DNA from: the human T2T-CHM13v2.0 reference genome, Homo sapiens
Strand: one strand, 5' to 3'
Assembly: GCF_009914755.1 (NCBI RefSeq)
Contig: NC_060947.1
DNA: 64,000 bases
Positions 58,633-64,000 of this stretch are shown here, piece by piece. The position numbers were made by a program, and so were the translations under genes. Position 1 is the first letter of the stretch. Each line of letters opens with the position of its first letter. Under the pieces are notes generated by a model that did no database searches, was not told the origin of the DNA, and was given only the letters and a program-made list of their open reading frames with translations.

Positions 58633-58904
58633 TTTGAGTTACCTAGGCAGTCAACCTGACTGTTCACTATGTTCAGCTTATCACCACCATGTGTACACAT
58701 ACACTTCGTATTTCATCATCTGCTGTGTTGCCAGGCCTGGTAAAAGCCCAGCTCTCATCTGCTTCCCAACAATTAAAAAGATGGCTCATAATATTCATTG
58801 CAGGAGGTAATATACGTGGAACACTTTGAAAAGACCTAAAAGCAACTTGAAAATGCTCTCATAAGTGATTCGGTAAATCAAATACCAAAGATAAGATTCC
58901 ATAC

Positions 58905-59990
58905 CTTGATTTTATATCTTGGCTACTGTGACTAGTGCTGCAATAAACGTGGGAGTGCGTTTATCTCTTTCATATACTTATTTCCATTTTTTGGGATATA
59001 TACCCAGCAGTGAGATGGCTGGATTGTTTGGTAGTTCTATTTTTAGCTTTTTGAGGGACCTTCTTACTGTTCTCCATAGCGGCTGTACTAATTTACATTT
59101 CCACCAACAGCATACCAGGGTTCCCCTTTCCCCACATCCTTGCCAGCATTCAATATTGCCTGTCTTTTGAATTGAAGCCATTTTAACTGGAATGAAATGA
59201 TATATCATTGTAGTTATTATTGGCATTTCTCTGATGATTAATGATGTCAAATATTTTTTCATATACCCGTTGGCCATTGTGTGTCTTCTTTTAAGAAATG
59301 TCCACTCAGATCTTTTGCCCATTTTAAAATCAGCTCATTTAATTTTTTCCTATTGTGTGTGCTCTTTATATATTCTGGTTATCAATCCCTTGTCAGATAG
59401 CTAGTTCTCAAATATTTTCTCCCATTTTGTGGGTTGTCTCTTCACTTTGTTGATTGTTTCCTTTTCTGTGCAGAAGCTTTTTAGCTTGATGTAATCCAGT
59501 TTGTCCATTTTTCCTTTGGTGTCTATTATTCAGCCATGAAAAATAATTAAACCCTGTCACTTGTAACAACATGGATGGAACTGGAGGACATTACGTTAAA
59601 TGAAATAAGCCAGGCATAGAAAGACAAATATCACGTGTTTTCACTAATATGCAAGAGCTAAAAAAAAAATAAACTCATGGAGATAAGGAGTAGAATGATG
59701 GTTACCAGAGGCTGAGAAGGTAGTGGGGAGTGGGAAACAAAGAGAATATGGTTAATGGGTGCAAAAGTACAGTTAGATAGAAAGAACAAGATCTAGTGTT
59801 CAGTAGCACAATAGGGTGACTATAGTTAACAATAATTTATTTTATATTTCAAAATAAATAAAAGAGTGAAATTGGAATGTTTCTAAAACAAAGAAATGAT
59901 AAATGCTTGAGGTGATGGATACCCCAATTATATCACATGTACCCCATAAATATGTACAACCATTATGTATCCATAATAATTTTTTAAAAA
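58905..59990 (+). mobile_element. L1MA-type 3' end with 5' inversion (antisense 58905-59521, sense 59524-59990)
   Basis: Minus-strand ORF2 peptide [27 protein letters not shown]; sense 3'UTR gatctagtgttcagtagcacaatagggtgactatag. Confidence 0.85.
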
Positions 59991-60296
59991 CAGCAACTTT
60001 ATGAATAGAAGAAAAACAAAGTAGCATAAAGCTCTGAATTAAGTGAAGTTTTAGAAAGTAATAGTCTTCTGCAATGTTCTATAAGTAGGATAAGCACATA
60101 GTGAATTTCCTGAGAGAGTTCCTCATACTGACAATGCATGAGATACAAAAGTGTGGACAGAGGAATCGACCTGATTCCTCATTCTTCTTCAAACACTTTA
60201 AAATGTGTGAAACCTACCACTAGATGAACTCAAAGAAAATCCTAGCCTGGCTCTAACAGCCAGGGGACCAAGGCTTGCCCTTTAAGAATTAATCCT

Positions 60297-60619
<323 letters not shown>

Positions 60620-61520
60620 ATTAATCCTTAGGTTTACAAAAGACTCAGTGCCAAAATTAAAGAAGGATGAAGAGATAGACAAATGTTCAAGTAGCTTCCA
60701 AATAGCCCTTGTTTGTTTTCTCTTTGCACAGTATGTGACTCAGTCTTATTCACTCTATAGAGAGATCTACTTTCCTAGCTCTCAATTGCTACACTTGATT
60801 TCTCAGACCATGAGGTTCCTTCTTATAACCTAACGTCAATGAAGGCTGGTATTGCTGTAACAGAAGCTTTTTTACCCAGGTCCCAGAATCTTTCTTATAT
60901 TTGTATGATCCCTCAAGAACAGTTCTGACTTGTTTTAGGCTTTGCTGTTGTTTATTCAGTTAAAAAGGGGAAACAAAAAATGTGGCTAAGGTTACATAGA
61001 GCCCCACTTTACTAATAAAATATGTGTGATGAACATTAACATTCAAAGTATCGATTTAAGCAGTGACAACTATCTCTCCTCAGACTCATTTGCATGTGTA
61101 TTGAAAAAAATGACCAACATGAAAAAATCCAAATGTGAAAATGTCTCTTTAATTTGCAGCTGTGACCCCTGTTTGCAGAGACACTTGGTTCTCTACACTT
61201 CCTCCCAGAGACACTGTTGTCTTCAAGCCATTGTTCAAACTGGGCTCTTTTACACCCTTAAAATTTCGCCAGCCCTGTCCAACAGCTGCTAGTATTTTAC
61301 AGCCATGCCTAGCAATATAGGCCTCTCTTGCAACTGTGAAAAAGGGTGTTTTTTTAAAAGCTCCCTTTGCCTTCTCAGTTTATGGTTACTTTAGTTCTCC
61401 ATTAAGTAGGGTTTTGAGTGTCTGTTGCCCACGTCTATTAAGTAGGACTGGGTTAACATGAGCATTTCACCAATGCAGGCAGATTGACTGTATTTCAAGG
61501 CCTTCACTTTAATTTACTTA

Positions 61521-62085
61521 TGTAAGTTCAGGTTGTCTACTGCTGCATAACAAACCACCCCACACTTAGTGGTGTAAATCAGCAACAATCATGTAATATT
61601 ATTAGTATTATTATTGCTTATTGCTCTCTCTCACATTTCTGGGATTGGCTGGGCTCAGATGGGCAGTTCTTGCTCAGAGTTTCTCATTCACCTGCATGCA
61701 GGTAGTTTCTGGGGGCTGGATTCATCTCAAAGGCTCCCTCACTCATGTGTCTGTTGATTGACATAGTTGCCTGGAACCCCAGCTGGAACTGTGGTTAACT
61801 GTAACTCGTACATGTGGCCTCTCCATGTAACCTAGGATCCTTCATTGCATGGCAGTTAGGCTCCAAAAGCAAGCATTCCAGAGAGAGAGAGAGAACTAGA
61901 TTAAAACTCTATCACCTTTTATGACCTAGCCTTAGAAGTAACATGACATCACTTCTGCTGTATTCTGTTGATCTGTACAGTCATAGAGGTCCACCCAGCT
62001 TCAAGGGAAGGAAACACAGACTCCATTTCTTGATAAGGGTGTGTCAAGGTGCATTGTAAGAAGAGAATGTACAAATCGGAAATAT
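61521..62085 (-). mobile_element. MLT1-type LTR
   Basis: ctgctgcataacaaaccaccccacacttagtgg...tacatgtggcctctccatg...ttttatgacctagccttagaag. Confidence 0.8.
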
Positions 62086-64000
62086 TGTAATGGCCATTAT
62101 TGGAAAATGCAGTTTGCCAAAATATACAACTTTTAAAAATTACACAAATAATATATTTTCTTTGTAGAAAATTTAAAAATACATACAGGTAATAGTTACT
62201 TTTTAACTTTAAACAGAGATTTTAACCTGCCAAGAAAGGCAGAAACACAATTAGCTTTCAGCTGCTTCATACCTATATGGAAACCATATTTTCTAATCCT
62301 GGTGTTAAGATTCATTGGTGTTTGTGTGCTTCCAGACACAAAAACATAACTTGAGAAATAGTTTCACATATTAAGAAATTTGGACATTTTGATAGTTAAT
62401 AGAAGGTCAACAAGACAAAATATATAAAGCCAGAACTGTCTCCAAAAATTCACTTTGTTCTTATCCTACTTCCAGAATGCTGTAGAGGACTATTCCTTTC
62501 TGAAACTTTGCTTAATTCAGAGCTTTATTCTACTTTGCCTTTCTTACCTTTGATGTATTTACTTTCCTGATTCACTTATAAGAACATTTTCAGAGTTTCT
62601 TTTATGCCTTTTCAAAGTGTTCCACATGTATTACCCCTATTTGATCCTCTGCAATGCTGTCAATCATTTGCAATGCCAAATAGAACAATTAAATAACAAC
62701 TCTGTGTTGTCTTTTAAAACATGCATTTGTACAGTAGAGCCTGAGAAAATAGAATATGGCAAATCAATGTAATGACAAATTACAAGGACATTAAAATGGT
62801 ATCTAGGAATAGGTATTAGAAAAGGCACCTAATATATTAATTAAAGAAAATATTGTACCAATCTGTATGTATACATTAATATAATGTAATGCCTGTTATT
62901 TCATTTACATACATGTATAGAAAAATGGCAAGAGGAAAGGAAGGTTATAGGTAATTTCATTTGCTTTTTTATGCTAGCCTGTATTTTCCACATTTTCCAT
63001 TGTGAATGTACGTTAGAGTTTTAACTCAAAAATAAAAGTTTATACATTTTAAAGCCAAGTTCAGAAGAAAATTATAGGAGAAACTCTCAGCTGTATACAG
63101 TACCCATGATGAGGCTTTTATACATTCTTAATTTTCCTAATTGTCATTATACTTGATGTACATCCAACTGGTTAACCAATCCTTAAGAACAAAAGATCAG
63201 ATCATCCATTTCACACCTTATTAGGGATAAATTTCAATTGACATGATTATACCACCTGGATGGACATCATTGAGATATAATGATGCTCACACACTTTTGA
63301 GTTCATAGAGTTTTCCAGTTAATCAGAAATATCATTGGCAGCATATTCTAATTGCCTTGTTGGATTCTAACAATTGTCAGATATGTGGTAGGACTCAGAA
63401 ATACTTGCTTGATTATACACTAAGGTATTGCTATATAGAGTTCACTGTGTAAGGCAGGGCTGTGATCAAGTCCTTATTTACCCCAGGAGAAATGAAGATT
63501 AGGTTGAGATTGGATCCATCCCCTCTAGTGAATCCATCTCCTCTGCTAGATCCAATGGTCATTGCTCATTTTACAACTTACAAGTCATGTCTAGTTAGTC
63601 AGAATCAGAGACAAGTTTCAAACTCAAGTCTGGCTTGTTCCACTCCGCTATTTCAGCAATATTGTGTAATAATTTCCAATGAACTAGTCTAATTATGAGT
63701 TCTGACATGCTGCTTTTCTTAGGTTAATATTCATTAGTGCTGGGGAGAGGAGGAAATTTTATATTTTGCCCTACAGGGCAAGCAGCAAGAATCATATTAC
63801 ATGATGCTATTTAAAGCTTCATTGATATTCCAAAAGTTATGGGACTTTTGGAGAATATACGTAGAATCTCTTCAATTTATTTAGGGGCCTTTGGAAACCT
63901 AAAAGAATATACGACTCAAAAATCTTCACTTCTACTCCCAAGTGATTGTTTTTATACTTTCAGATCCTACACAAATATCTACTTGCTAAAGCATAATAGT

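Overview
This is AT-rich, repeat-dense primate non-coding DNA, almost certainly human because it carries an AluYb8. I can support no protein-coding exon, RNA gene or CRISPR array, and the longer ORFs in the track are decayed L1 ORF2, MaLR-internal or Alu read-throughs. The window is a layered record of transposable elements: Alus (J, S, Y, Yb8, FLAM), L1s of several ages (three with twin-priming 5' inversions), a two-LTR THE1D/MSTA-type MaLR provirus, a solo MSTA LTR, a U5-truncated HERV-W LTR17, LTR16 and MLT1 LTRs, MER5/MER44/MER104/Charlie DNA transposons, MIR and L2. I found no new biological system. The best second-look items are small: (1) a TSD-flanked, 5'-truncated retrocopy of an Alu-containing polyadenylated 3' end at 2785-3192; (2) three template-switch inverted duplications inside old repeats (a perfect 24-bp hairpin at 19328-19381, a 14-bp fold-back at 14551-14583 and a perfect 25-bp inverted duplication at 46181/46472); (3) a near-pristine, possibly polymorphic AluYb8. 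Subfamily names come from recalled consensus sequences and were not verified by RepeatMasker.
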